A stretch of 64,000 bases of DNA. Origin: a phage. The stretch lies in the sequence record NC_135729.1. One strand, written 5' to 3'. This document shows positions 36,749 through 46,077 of this stretch, in pieces. The notes under the pieces are model-generated. The model ran no database searches. It worked only from the letters and a program-made list of their open reading frames with translations, and was not told the origin of the DNA. How positions within the stretch are numbered: position 1 is the first letter of the stretch; each line of letters starts with the position of its first letter. The translations under genes were made by a program, and so were the position numbers.

Positions 36749-39060
36749 TCACCAAGGTAATTAAAAGCAACGGATGTGAAGTGGCATTCGATCCAGAACG
36801 TTTAAATAAGGCAGCTATTTTCGGTGACGACGGTAACGGCAATTGGTCACACATTGCACTGGATGCATACAAACGACTGTATGATGGATGTACAACCAAA
36901 GAAGTTAACCAAGCTATCATAGACTCCTGTGTTAGCCGTAAAGACGAAGAACATTCCCGTATGGCTGGTCGTGTTCTTATTGGTCAGATTTATAAAGAGG
37001 CTTTTGGAGGGTTTACAAAGATCCCTTCCTTACCATCATTTTACAATACCATGGTTGAGAAATGGTATTGGGAGGATATGGGCTATAGCTTTACCGAGCT
37101 AAACACTTTAGACGCTGTTATTGACCACAGTAAAGATCTCGGTTATGGCTATGCAGTCCTTAAACAGTTTCGCGACAAATACGGGATCAAGGATACTCTT
37201 AAAGACACCTTGTTTGAATCTCCCCAGATGATGTTTATGGGGATAGCAATGGCTGTCATGAAGAATATGCCGAAAGAACGTCGTATCAACGATGTTGTAA
37301 AATTATACACTTATCTGTCCGACTTAAAGATCAATGCCCCGACACCGTACTTAAACGGGCTGCGCACAGGTAAGACAGGGTATGCATCTTGTTGTGTAAT
37401 AAAAGCTGATGATACAGCAAAATCTATTGGTGTGGCACGTGAAGTTGCGTACACAATGACGGTTAACCAAGCAGGTATCGGCTACTATTTATCATCAAGA
37501 TCTGCAGGCGATGGTGTTCGTGGTAACACTATTAAACACATGGGTAAGATTCCATATTATCGAGGTATTGATGCTGGGGTTAAGGAGAACAGACAACAAT
37601 CACGTGGCGGTTCTGCAACAGTATCATTCCTTGCACTAGACCCGCAGATTGATGAGCTAATCCGTTTGAGAAACCCTATGACTGTTGCTTCAAAAAGAAT
37701 CAACACCATGGACTACTCTATAGGTATTAATAGGTCGTTTATCAACCGTGTGGCTAAGAATTTAGATTGGATGCTTGTTTCTTATAAGCACGCGCCTCAA
37801 CTGCATGAAGGTATCTTCACCATGCCTATGGAGGAGTTTGATGCAGAGGTTGATCGTATCGCTAAAGATGACAGTATTCCTAAAACATGGATCCGAGCTA
37901 GAGATCTTGCTGTTGAACTGCTCACGCAGCGTATTGAGGTTGGAAGGCTGTTCGTATACTGGACAGACGAGATGAATAGACATACACCTTTTAAAGATGT
38001 GATCTATTCAAGTAACCTGTGTGCAGAAATAGCCCTCCCGACAAAAGGCTATTCAGATATGCGTAATATCTTCAAGCACGATGTTGATGATGGCGAAGTT
38101 GCATTGTGCTTCCTGTCATCACTTGTAGCTGGAAGGGTTACCCCAGAGGAGTATGAGGATGTTGCATATTACACGGTGCTTATGATTGACAATGTTATGG
38201 AAATCATGACATATCCGTATGAAAATATGGAGAGCACTGTTAAAAAACGCAGATCCATCGGAGTTGGCCTTACCAATGTTGCACATTTTATTGCCAGCCA
38301 CAAGGTTACTTACGGATCTCCTGAAAGTAAACAGCTTGTTCACGATCTTGCAGAACTTCACAGCTACAGCTTGCATAAGGCAAGTTTACGGTTGGCAAAA
38401 GAGCGTGGTGTCTGCGAGTGGATGCATAAAACAAAATATCCAGAAGGTTGGTTACCAATCGACACCTATAACAAAGAGGTCGATAGCGTGGTGAAAGATC
38501 CTTCTCTTAAACAGGATTGGGAAGGGTTACGTAAAGAAATCATTGAAAATGGTGGGCTACGTAATAGCGTTCTTGAAGCATATATGCCTAATGAAAGCTC
38601 TTCGCTGGCAACAAACACCACTAATGGGGTTTATCCTGTCCGTGAGCACATTATCTTTAAAAAATCGCCACAAGGGCAGGTGCTGTTTATCGTTCCTGAC
38701 TATGATGAGTTGAAAGAGTATTACACCTCGGCTTGGGACGTTGATACTAACGACATGATCGATATGTATGCTGTGATTCAAAAATTCACAGGTCAGGCAA
38801 TCAGCGCGGATTTATACATAGACTACACCAAGTTGAAAGATGGTAAAATTTCAATGAAGGAGCAGCTAGGGTACCTTATCCGTGCCACTAAATTCGGGAT
38901 GAAGACATGGTATTATTTAAACTCCAGGGTTGGTGCTGGTGACTCCTTGGCAGAGGAACTTCATGCCAAGAAACAGGCTGAAGATGAAACCAGAAAGAAC
39001 TATCCTTTGATTGCAGATAGTTCAGTTGAAGATCCGTATTGCGAAAGCTGTGCACTATAA
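36745..39060 (+). CDS. nrdA: ribonucleotide reductase class Ia large subunit
   Basis: N-terminal ATP-cone (VIKSNGCEVAFDPERLNKA) and catalytic-site motif SNLCAEIALP; 771 aa. Confidence 0.9.
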   Translation: MITKVIKSNGCEVAFDPERLNKAAIFGDDGNGNWSHIALDAYKRLYDGCTTKEVNQAIIDSCVSRKDEEHSRMAGRVLIGQIYKEAFGGFTKIPSLPSFYNTMVEKWYWEDMGYSFTELNTLDAVIDHSKDLGYGYAVLKQFRDKYGIKDTLKDTLFESPQMMFMGIAMAVMKNMPKERRINDVVKLYTYLSDLKINAPTPYLNGLRTGKTGYASCCVIKADDTAKSIGVAREVAYTMTVNQAGIGYYLSSRSAGDGVRGNTIKHMGKIPYYRGIDAGVKENRQQSRGGSATVSFLALDPQIDELIRLRNPMTVASKRINTMDYSIGINRSFINRVAKNLDWMLVSYKHAPQLHEGIFTMPMEEFDAEVDRIAKDDSIPKTWIRARDLAVELLTQRIEVGRLFVYWTDEMNRHTPFKDVIYSSNLCAEIALPTKGYSDMRNIFKHDVDDGEVALCFLSSLVAGRVTPEEYEDVAYYTVLMIDNVMEIMTYPYENMESTVKKRRSIGVGLTNVAHFIASHKVTYGSPESKQLVHDLAELHSYSLHKASLRLAKERGVCEWMHKTKYPEGWLPIDTYNKEVDSVVKDPSLKQDWEGLRKEIIENGGLRNSVLEAYMPNESSSLATNTTNGVYPVREHIIFKKSPQGQVLFIVPDYDELKEYYTSAWDVDTNDMIDMYAVIQKFTGQAISADLYIDYTKLKDGKISMKEQLGYLIRATKFGMKTWYYLNSRVGAGDSLAEELHAKKQAEDETRKNYPLIADSSVEDPYCESCAL

Positions 39061-39064
39061 TTTT

Positions 39065-39088
39065 AAAGGGGCTTCGGCCCCATTTTAG
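39065..39088 (+). terminator. intrinsic terminator-like hairpin after nrdA
   Basis: GGGGC-ttcg-GCCCC followed by ATTTTAG. Confidence 0.45.
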
Positions 39089-39099
39089 AGGTTAGAATA

Positions 39100-40188
39100 A
39101 TGGCTGTATTTAATGCTGAGAACACCGCTCATAAAACTGGTGACTATCCGCTGTTTCTGGGACAGCAAATGGGTATGTACGACTCTATCAACAAAAAATA
39201 TCCACAACTGTTTGAACTATACAAAAAACAAAAAGAACAAGACTGGGCAGAGGATGAAGTGGATTTGTCGCAATCTATTTCAGATTTTGTAACATGCTCA
39301 AAGTCAACTTATGACGTGATGGTGCAGACCTTGATGTGGCAATGGGAGGCTGATAGCGTTGCGGCAAGATCTATCATTTGTCTGTTTTCACCATTTATCA
39401 CCAATAGTGAGCTTTTCACTCTATTGATGAAACAGTCAGAGATTGAAGTTCTTCACGCACTAACTTACTCAGAGATTGTTAGACAATGCCTCCCCAATGC
39501 CCGTGAGATTATAGAAGAGATTCAGGAAAACCAAAACGTTCTGAGCAGATCCGGCGTTATTGTCAAATATATGCAAGAGCTTGAGGTTATTGGTGCAAAA
39601 TACCGACTGGATCCTTCTAGTGTTGAAGAAGATGTTGTGCGGAAATGCATTCTTAGAGCGCTTTTTGCACTTTTAGCTCTGGAGAGTATTGAGTTTATTG
39701 CAAGTTTTGCATGCACTTTCGCAGTAGCTGAACAGGGTATCTTTGTTCAGGTGGCGCAGCTTGTTCAAAAAATCATGCTTGACGAAATGCTACATTCGAA
39801 AGGTGATTTTGCCATCATTGATATCCTGCTTAATGATCCCGCATGGGAGAAAAGCTTCCTTGAGATAAAAGGGGAGTTAAAAGAGATTCTTGATGAAGTA
39901 CGAACCAAAGAGTACGGTTGGAGTGACTATATTTTCAGCGAAGGAAGAGCGATTATAGGTCTTAACTCACCGTTGCTTAAAGAATGGGTTGACTATAACT
40001 GCTCACCGATTTATGATTACTACGACATCGACAAAGACTTTGTGCCGCCAACAAAGGACCCTCTACCGTTTATGCAGGTGTGGATGAAACCTTCATTGCA
40101 ACAGACGGCTAACCAGGAAATGTCGAACACTGACTACCGAGTCAACACAACTGTTAACGACGCTGAAGAAGAAATTTGGGAGTTTTAA
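39100..40188 (+). CDS. nrdB: ribonucleotide reductase class Ia small subunit
   Basis: 362-aa ORF directly after nrdA; size and helical composition consistent with the small subunit. Confidence 0.75.
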   Translation: MAVFNAENTAHKTGDYPLFLGQQMGMYDSINKKYPQLFELYKKQKEQDWAEDEVDLSQSISDFVTCSKSTYDVMVQTLMWQWEADSVAARSIICLFSPFITNSELFTLLMKQSEIEVLHALTYSEIVRQCLPNAREIIEEIQENQNVLSRSGVIVKYMQELEVIGAKYRLDPSSVEEDVVRKCILRALFALLALESIEFIASFACTFAVAEQGIFVQVAQLVQKIMLDEMLHSKGDFAIIDILLNDPAWEKSFLEIKGELKEILDEVRTKEYGWSDYIFSEGRAIIGLNSPLLKEWVDYNCSPIYDYYDIDKDFVPPTKDPLPFMQVWMKPSLQQTANQEMSNTDYRVNTTVNDAEEEIWEF

Positions 40189-40191
40189 TAC

Positions 40192-40470
40192 ATGAGCTGT
40201 GAAAAATCTTTTTTCTTTATTATTTACGGTAAAGATAACTGCCCACATTGTGTAAGAGCAAAAGAATTTGCAGTCAGTAAAGGTCTGCCTTTTGTATATA
40301 AGACACTTGGAGAGGGATACACAAAAGAAGAGCTTATTGAGAAGTGTAGTCCAATCGTCCCAAGAACGTTACCGCAGATCTTCTTAGAAAGCGATCTTGA
40401 TAGTGTCCATGTAGGTGGTGCCGACGATTTCATCTCTTTTGTTAAGAATGATTTTGGAGAGAAAAAGTGA
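40192..40470 (+). CDS. glutaredoxin/thioredoxin-like protein
   Basis: CPHC redox motif near N-terminus, 92 aa, between nrdB and nrdD. Confidence 0.6.
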   Translation: MSCEKSFFFIIYGKDNCPHCVRAKEFAVSKGLPFVYKTLGEGYTKEELIEKCSPIVPRTLPQIFLESDLDSVHVGGADDFISFVKNDFGEKK

Positions 40471-42590
40471 AAGTTGTAAAACGGGACGGCAGAGAAGAGG
40501 TCTATAACGGAATTAAGGTGATCAAGGCGGCAGAGTCCGCCTTACTTGAGTCTGGACATACTGAAGAAGAAGCTTACCGGATCTCCTGTGCGGTTAATGA
40601 AGTTGTTGCTAACAATCTACCAACCGATCAGTGCACGATCTCTGTAAAAAATATCCATATCCTTGTTGAAGATGCTCTTATGGATATGGGTTTAAAATGT
40701 GCAGCCAGAGAATACATCCAGTATAGGCAGACAAGAGATAATAACAGAGAGGCAGGTGGAAAACTGCTTGCAGATATTAGTGGCTTCTTGGATCGCACTT
40801 GTGATGAATTTACAAAAGAAAACGCAAATAAGCCTACCAATCATGTACACACTCATCGTGACCTGCTTGCAGGCATCCTTAGCAAACACCTTGCATCAAC
40901 ACAGATCCTGCCAGACCGTGTCTCAGAAGAGCACAATAAAGGCTTCATCCATGTGCATGATCTTGACTACTTGATCAGTCCGTTAACAAACTGTTGTTTG
41001 GTAAATTATCCAGATATGTTGGAAAACGGATTCAACATTGGCAACGCCCATGTCAGTAAGCCGAAGTCAATAGGGGTTGCAACAACAATCCTTAGCCAAA
41101 TCTCTAGTGCAGTAGCTAGTGCTCAATATGGAGGTCAGACTATGAGCCATATTGATCATTATCTGGCACAGTATGCTGAGGCGACCTATGAGAAGAATCT
41201 TAAATTTTGCCAGGAACACTGGTTGCCAGATGCTGAGACTGTTGCAATGCAAATGACAGATAAAGACGTATTTGACAGCATGCAGACTTTGCTCTATCAA
41301 ATCAATACGTTAACCTCTGTCAACGGGCAAACTCCATTCATCACATTAAGTTTAGGACTGGATACCTCGGTCTTTGGTAGAATGATTACCAAAAACTACT
41401 TGAAAGTCCACAAAATGGGTCTTGGTGAAGAACGTATCACACCTGTGTTCCCTAAAGTGCTGTTCTTCCTAGAAGAGGGTGTCAACATGAGCCCTGGAGA
41501 TCCCAACTATGATTTGAAACGATTAGCTCTGGAATGCTCTGCAGAGCGGATTTATCCTGACTTTGTTTCTGTTCCACTAAATCGTAAAGTGACAGGCTCG
41601 ACAGATGGCAAAGTAACGAGCATGGGTTGCCGGAGTTTTCTTAGCAAATACAATGACTTGGAAACAGGCGAGGAGAAATACCTTGGTAGATTTAACTTAG
41701 GCGTTGTTAGCCTTAACCTGCCAATGATTGCGGCAAAAGCTAAAACGGAAGGTGTTGATTTCTTTGCAGTTCTTGACGAATACCTGGATCTTGCATACGA
41801 GGCTCACCTTGTAAGGGTTAACCGTCTAAAAGGAACAAAGGCAGGGCAGAACCCTATCATGTGGTGTGAAGGCGCTCTTGCTCGCCTGGATCCTGAAGAG
41901 AGTATTGATAAACTCTTCTATGACGGGTACGCTTCCATCAGTATTGGGTATATTGGTGTGTATGAAACCTGTCAGATTTTGGGCAGAGAGGGTGACAAGG
42001 CTTTAGCTCTTGGAATCCTTCAGCACATGAAAGATGCTTGTGAGAGATATAAGAAGGAAAGTGGACTAGCATTTAGCTTGTACGGCACCCCTTCTGAGAG
42101 TTTATGCTATAAAGCTGCAACCTGTCTGGATCGTGAATATCCAGAAGTGTTGAAGCACGAGCATGAATACCTCACCAACAGTTTCCATCAGCCAGTATGG
42201 ATCAATAGTTCACCTTTTGATAAGTGGAAGTATGAAGAAGGTTTTGCTATGATCTCTTCTGGTGGCAACATTGGATATATAGAGACACCTAACCTGAAAA
42301 ACAACCTGGATGCTTTAGAGGCTCTTGTTGACTTCGGGTATAAACACATTATGTATTTTGGTATTAACCAACCTGTGGATAAATGTCTCAAGTGTGGTTT
42401 CTCTGGTGAGTTCAGTGCAACAGCTAAAGGCTTTGTATGCCCAGAGTGTGGAAACCATGAGGAGGGAACGATCAGTGTAATTAGACGTGTGTCTGGATAC
42501 CTTTCCAGTCCTAACTCCCGTCCTTACAATAAAGGTAAGCAAGCGGAAGTTATAGAACGGGTTAAGCACTATGGAAGTTGTAGTTGCTGA
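40467..42590 (+). CDS. nrdD: anaerobic ribonucleoside-triphosphate reductase
   Basis: N-terminal ATP-cone, C-terminal Cys cluster and glycyl-radical motif RVSGYL. Confidence 0.85.
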   Translation: MKVVKRDGREEVYNGIKVIKAAESALLESGHTEEEAYRISCAVNEVVANNLPTDQCTISVKNIHILVEDALMDMGLKCAAREYIQYRQTRDNNREAGGKLLADISGFLDRTCDEFTKENANKPTNHVHTHRDLLAGILSKHLASTQILPDRVSEEHNKGFIHVHDLDYLISPLTNCCLVNYPDMLENGFNIGNAHVSKPKSIGVATTILSQISSAVASAQYGGQTMSHIDHYLAQYAEATYEKNLKFCQEHWLPDAETVAMQMTDKDVFDSMQTLLYQINTLTSVNGQTPFITLSLGLDTSVFGRMITKNYLKVHKMGLGEERITPVFPKVLFFLEEGVNMSPGDPNYDLKRLALECSAERIYPDFVSVPLNRKVTGSTDGKVTSMGCRSFLSKYNDLETGEEKYLGRFNLGVVSLNLPMIAAKAKTEGVDFFAVLDEYLDLAYEAHLVRVNRLKGTKAGQNPIMWCEGALARLDPEESIDKLFYDGYASISIGYIGVYETCQILGREGDKALALGILQHMKDACERYKKESGLAFSLYGTPSESLCYKAATCLDREYPEVLKHEHEYLTNSFHQPVWINSSPFDKWKYEEGFAMISSGGNIGYIETPNLKNNLDALEALVDFGYKHIMYFGINQPVDKCLKCGFSGEFSATAKGFVCPECGNHEEGTISVIRRVSGYLSSPNSRPYNKGKQAEVIERVKHYGSCSC

Positions 42591-42656
42591 TACTTGACAG
42601 AAGCCACAAGGATGTGGCATACTTGGCTAATCTATGAGAACCAAGAGGGATCAAAG

Positions 42657-43613
42657 ATGCCTAGAGGAAAACAACTTACAACTGAAGAATTTACAAAAAG
42701 AGCTAGAGAAGTACATGGCGATAAATATGACTATTCAAAAACCGTATATAAAACTGCTAAAAGTAAGGTTGTAATTGTATGCCCTGTTCATGGTGAGTTT
42801 ACGCAGATCGCTGGACATCATATCCTTGACGGTAGTGGGTGTCCTAAGTGTGGTAGAGTGCCAGTAGGCAATAAGCTTAGAAACGATTCTAGTGATATTA
42901 TCAAAAAATTTGTAAAAATCCACGGTGACACCTATGATTATTCTAAGGTTGAATATGTTAACTATAAAACTCCTGTAAAAATTGTATGCCCTGAGCACGG
43001 AGTGTTCTTGCAATCCCCATCTAACCATTTGAAAGGCCAAGGGTGCCCTGAGTGTAGTAAACTCATTAGCGCAGCAAAAAGGAATAAAGGCCCTGAATTC
43101 ATAGAAAGAGCCAAAGAAATCCATGGCGATAAATATGACTACTCTTTTGTAGATTATATGACTTGCGAAGATAAGGTAGAGATAATCTGCAACACTTGTG
43201 GAAATCACTTCACCCAGACACCTTCTTGCCACCTGTCTGGTCGTGGATGCCCTAAATGTGCCAAAAACGGTTTCTTATCTCACAACTATGGGAAGCTTTA
43301 CCTCATGGTTGATAACTTAGAAGCGCCAACACTTATGAAGATCGGTGTGAGCGTCAATGTAGAAGCGAGGAAGGGAAGGATATTAAGAGCATCCAAGAAG
43401 GCTGGTGCAGGTATTTATGATCTCCACATAGTAAAAACATGGGGCGGATCGACTGAAAACATGCTGAGTGTAGAAAAATCTGTGCATGAAGCCTTCAATA
43501 AGTATAAAATAAACTTCTCTAAAGTATTTAGTGGAAGCACTGAATTCTTTCACTACAGACCTGAAGTGTTTAGCATAGTGGAAGCAGTATACAAAGAGAT
43601 CTGTGGTAAATGA
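42657..43613 (+). CDS. homing-endonuclease-like protein (zinc-binding repeats plus GIY-YIG-like T5orf172-type domain)
   Basis: Four repeats of KYDYSK...CP.HG...GCPKCG then C-terminal GKLYLMVD...KIGVS...GSTEFFH; start at Met MPRGKQL (AAGAGGGA SD). Confidence 0.5.
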   Translation: MPRGKQLTTEEFTKRAREVHGDKYDYSKTVYKTAKSKVVIVCPVHGEFTQIAGHHILDGSGCPKCGRVPVGNKLRNDSSDIIKKFVKIHGDTYDYSKVEYVNYKTPVKIVCPEHGVFLQSPSNHLKGQGCPECSKLISAAKRNKGPEFIERAKEIHGDKYDYSFVDYMTCEDKVEIICNTCGNHFTQTPSCHLSGRGCPKCAKNGFLSHNYGKLYLMVDNLEAPTLMKIGVSVNVEARKGRILRASKKAGAGIYDLHIVKTWGGSTENMLSVEKSVHEAFNKYKINFSKVFSGSTEFFHYRPEVFSIVEAVYKEICGK

Positions 43614-43665
43614 TCGTAGAAAGATACACATGTCTTAAATATGCTATTAACTAAGGAGGTGCAGT

Positions 43666-43782
43666 ATGTCATCGGGTATCTATAAAATCTGCAAGTGCGG
43701 TTGTCATTGTAATCTTCGTTGGTGCAAGGCACTGGACGATTTTATTTGGCATTGCCCTAAATGTGATGCGGAGTATCTATGA
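43666..43782 (+). CDS. small zinc-ribbon protein (38 aa, below ORF-track cutoff)
   Basis: AAGGAGGTG SD 6 nt before ATG; MSSGIYKICKCGCHCNLRWCKALDDFIWHCPKCDAEYL; stop overlaps nrdG start. Confidence 0.35.
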   Translation: MSSGIYKICKCGCHCNLRWCKALDDFIWHCPKCDAEYL

Positions 43783-44252
43783 ATATTGCCGGATACACAG
43801 AAATATCTTACACCGAAGGGCCAGGTATTAGAACTGCCTTATGGGTATCTGGGTGCCCACACGCTTGCCCTGGTTGCTTTAATCAGGCATTTTGGTCAAA
43901 AGATAAGGGGAGAGAGTTTACTGAAGAAGACTTGCAAAAAATCTTGTCAGATTTAGATAACCCGTCTGTGTGCGGTATCTCTCTGCTGGGTGGAGAACCC
44001 TTAGCATACTATAATGAGCCAGATATTATTAGCCTGATGGAGAAAATTAAGGAAAAATTTGGTGACAAGAAAACTATTCTTGTATATACTGGGTTCACAT
44101 TTGACCATATCTCTAGTGATGTTCTTAAACTGGCTGATATCATCATTGACGGTAAGTATGTAAAAGATTTACCAACCAAGAAACCGTTCCGAGGTAGCGA
44201 TAACCAAAGAATGTTTAAAAAAGTAGCAGGCGGTTGGGTCCAGGTAGACTAG
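43779..44252 (+). CDS. nrdG: anaerobic RNR activating enzyme (radical SAM)
   Basis: CPHACPGC radical-SAM cysteine motif in GPGIRTALWVSGCPHACPGCFN. Confidence 0.8.
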   Translation: MNIAGYTEISYTEGPGIRTALWVSGCPHACPGCFNQAFWSKDKGREFTEEDLQKILSDLDNPSVCGISLLGGEPLAYYNEPDIISLMEKIKEKFGDKKTILVYTGFTFDHISSDVLKLADIIIDGKYVKDLPTKKPFRGSDNQRMFKKVAGGWVQVD

Positions 44253-44255
44253 TTG

Positions 44256-44285
44256 TTGACAAAGCTTTGTTTAGATAGGTATAAT
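44256..44285 (+). promoter_or_regulatory. sigma70-like consensus promoter
   Basis: TTGACA, 18-nt spacer, TATAAT. Confidence 0.6.
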
Positions 44286-44316
44286 TATCGTAAAATGAAA
44301 GCAGAGGAGGTGCCAA

Positions 44317-44430
44317 ATGGCTAAAAAAGCCTTGAAGAAGGCGTACAAGAAAGAGATTGCGCTTGAGCTTAAGAAAAAACACAAGCGTGAAAAGAAACAT
44401 CATGAGGATGAAGAGGGGGTGCAACAGTGA
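44317..44430 (+). CDS. small lysine-rich protein (37 aa, below ORF-track cutoff)
   Basis: GAGGAGGTG SD; MAKKALKKAYKKEIALELKKKHKREKKHHEDEEGVQQ; stop overlaps next start. Confidence 0.4.
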   Translation: MAKKALKKAYKKEIALELKKKHKREKKHHEDEEGVQQ

Positions 44431-44777
44431 CACAAGAACGTATCGATTTGGCTAATAAGTTTGTAGATCTCATTTTGCCACGGTTAGTTACTCAACATGC
44501 AGATGCTATTTCTACTAATCTTGATGGCTTACGCCTAATGCTGAATCGCACAGATGACCCTCGTATTCGGGCTGATTTAGAAGCCTCTGCCAACAAACTG
44601 GAAAAGTTCTTGCAAGTAGACACGCAAGAAGCCTTGCACAAGATTATGGTGGAAGGTTTCTCTAAAGAATTTACCATTAAAGAGCTTAAGGAGCTGATCC
44701 ACCAAGAAGAGATGAATATCCGAGTTCAGGCTGTTGCAAGCAGCATGGAAGCGGCTATTGAAAAACTGTTGCAGTAA
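44427..44777 (+). CDS. hypothetical protein
   Basis: 116-aa helical ORF, GTG start overlapping upstream stop. Confidence 0.4.
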   Translation: MTQERIDLANKFVDLILPRLVTQHADAISTNLDGLRLMLNRTDDPRIRADLEASANKLEKFLQVDTQEALHKIMVEGFSKEFTIKELKELIHQEEMNIRVQAVASSMEAAIEKLLQ

Positions 44778-44815
44778 AAGTACTTGGCACATCTCAATCT
44801 GAAAGGAGTCCCAAC

Positions 44816-45604
44816 ATGGGTCGAGCTAAAGAAACAAAACGCATGCGTGATGAAGCTAGAGAGGCTCGCAAATCTGATCGCCTGCGTAAGGCTGCTGAGA
44901 AATTTGCTGACGAAAGAGAGCACACCGCTCCAGCTCTCCGACCAATGAATAAGAAGCAGCAAAAGTATCTTGATTATCTAGGGTCACGTAAGATTATTAT
45001 TGTAAACGGTGTGTTTGGATCCGGTAAGACATTCATGGCATCTGCATATGCAGGTGATCTTCTGCGTAAGAACGAGATTGATAAGATTATTGTTGCACGT
45101 CCTTACGTTCAGACAGGAAAGACTTCAGGATTTAAACCTGGAAATGCAATGCAGAAACTGTGGCCCTATCTTCGAAGCATGATGGACACGATTTGTCGTC
45201 GTGTTGGCAAAGGTGCTTTTGCCGCAATGCTGGGAGACGGTCAGAACAGCCGTATCGAGATTTGTGAAGTTGAAAGCATTCGTGGTCGTAGTTTCGATGA
45301 GCGATGCTTTGTCCTGATTGACGAGGCACAGCAAACTAACCCTGAAGAAATGTTGTCAATTATCACAAGGATCTCTGATCAAGCCACCCTTGTAATTATG
45401 GGTGATAATAGCCAACGTGACATCCCTGGTAAATCTGGCCTTGCATGGGTGACGGATTTCTTTACTCGTCATCCAGATCCTGAGGTTGGAATGATCAGCT
45501 TTGATAGTCCAGACGATGTCGTTCGTTCTGGGTTGGGTCGTCAGATCGCACTCAATCTTATTGAGGATCGTGCAAATCATATTTGGACCCCTGTTTCCGA
45601 GTAA
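44816..45604 (+). CDS. phoH: PhoH-like ATPase
   Basis: Walker A GVFGSGKTFMA and overall PhoH-like layout, 262 aa. Confidence 0.75.
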   Translation: MGRAKETKRMRDEAREARKSDRLRKAAEKFADEREHTAPALRPMNKKQQKYLDYLGSRKIIIVNGVFGSGKTFMASAYAGDLLRKNEIDKIIVARPYVQTGKTSGFKPGNAMQKLWPYLRSMMDTICRRVGKGAFAAMLGDGQNSRIEICEVESIRGRSFDERCFVLIDEAQQTNPEEMLSIITRISDQATLVIMGDNSQRDIPGKSGLAWVTDFFTRHPDPEVGMISFDSPDDVVRSGLGRQIALNLIEDRANHIWTPVSE

Positions 45605-45648
45605 TACAGAAGGGTGGTTATTCCACCCTTAAATATCTAAAACAGTTG

Positions 45649-45677
45649 TTGACAAATAGGTAAGCTTTAGATATTAT
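45649..45677 (+). promoter_or_regulatory. sigma70-like promoter
   Basis: TTGACA, 17-nt spacer, TATTAT; preceded by hairpin AAGGGTGG-ttatt-CCACCCTT. Confidence 0.55.
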
Positions 45678-45705
45678 TATCGGACAAAACAGAGAGAAGG
45701 ACAGT

Positions 45706-46017
45706 ATGGCTACAATACAAGAGAAACTGAATAAAATATACTGCCTGTTTGTCTATAACGGCGAGACAATTTTGGCAAATAAGGGATCCAAGAATGTGTG
45801 GACCAAGGACAGCGGTGGTAATATAATTAACTTAGCGTTGCTACGTGAGCGCCGACACAGATTCTTTATCGAGTCTCGAATTATTGAAAGCAGCACTTGC
45901 TACAGAACAGGCGATAAAGTAATTGTTGACAATGATACGTGGTATGTGGTAGACTGGCAATCATTGAGCTGTGATGCTTCTGACAATCGTAAGTATTCCA
46001 TAGTGATTGCTAAATAA
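45706..46017 (+). CDS. hypothetical protein
   Basis: 103-aa ORF downstream of promoter. Confidence 0.4.
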   Translation: MATIQEKLNKIYCLFVYNGETILANKGSKNVWTKDSGGNIINLALLRERRHRFFIESRIIESSTCYRTGDKVIVDNDTWYVVDWQSLSCDASDNRKYSIVIAK

Positions 46018-46077
46018 AGGTAAATGTGAATCAGGTTTAAATAAATAGCTTTCAACTTCCAATATTAAGGATTTCTC

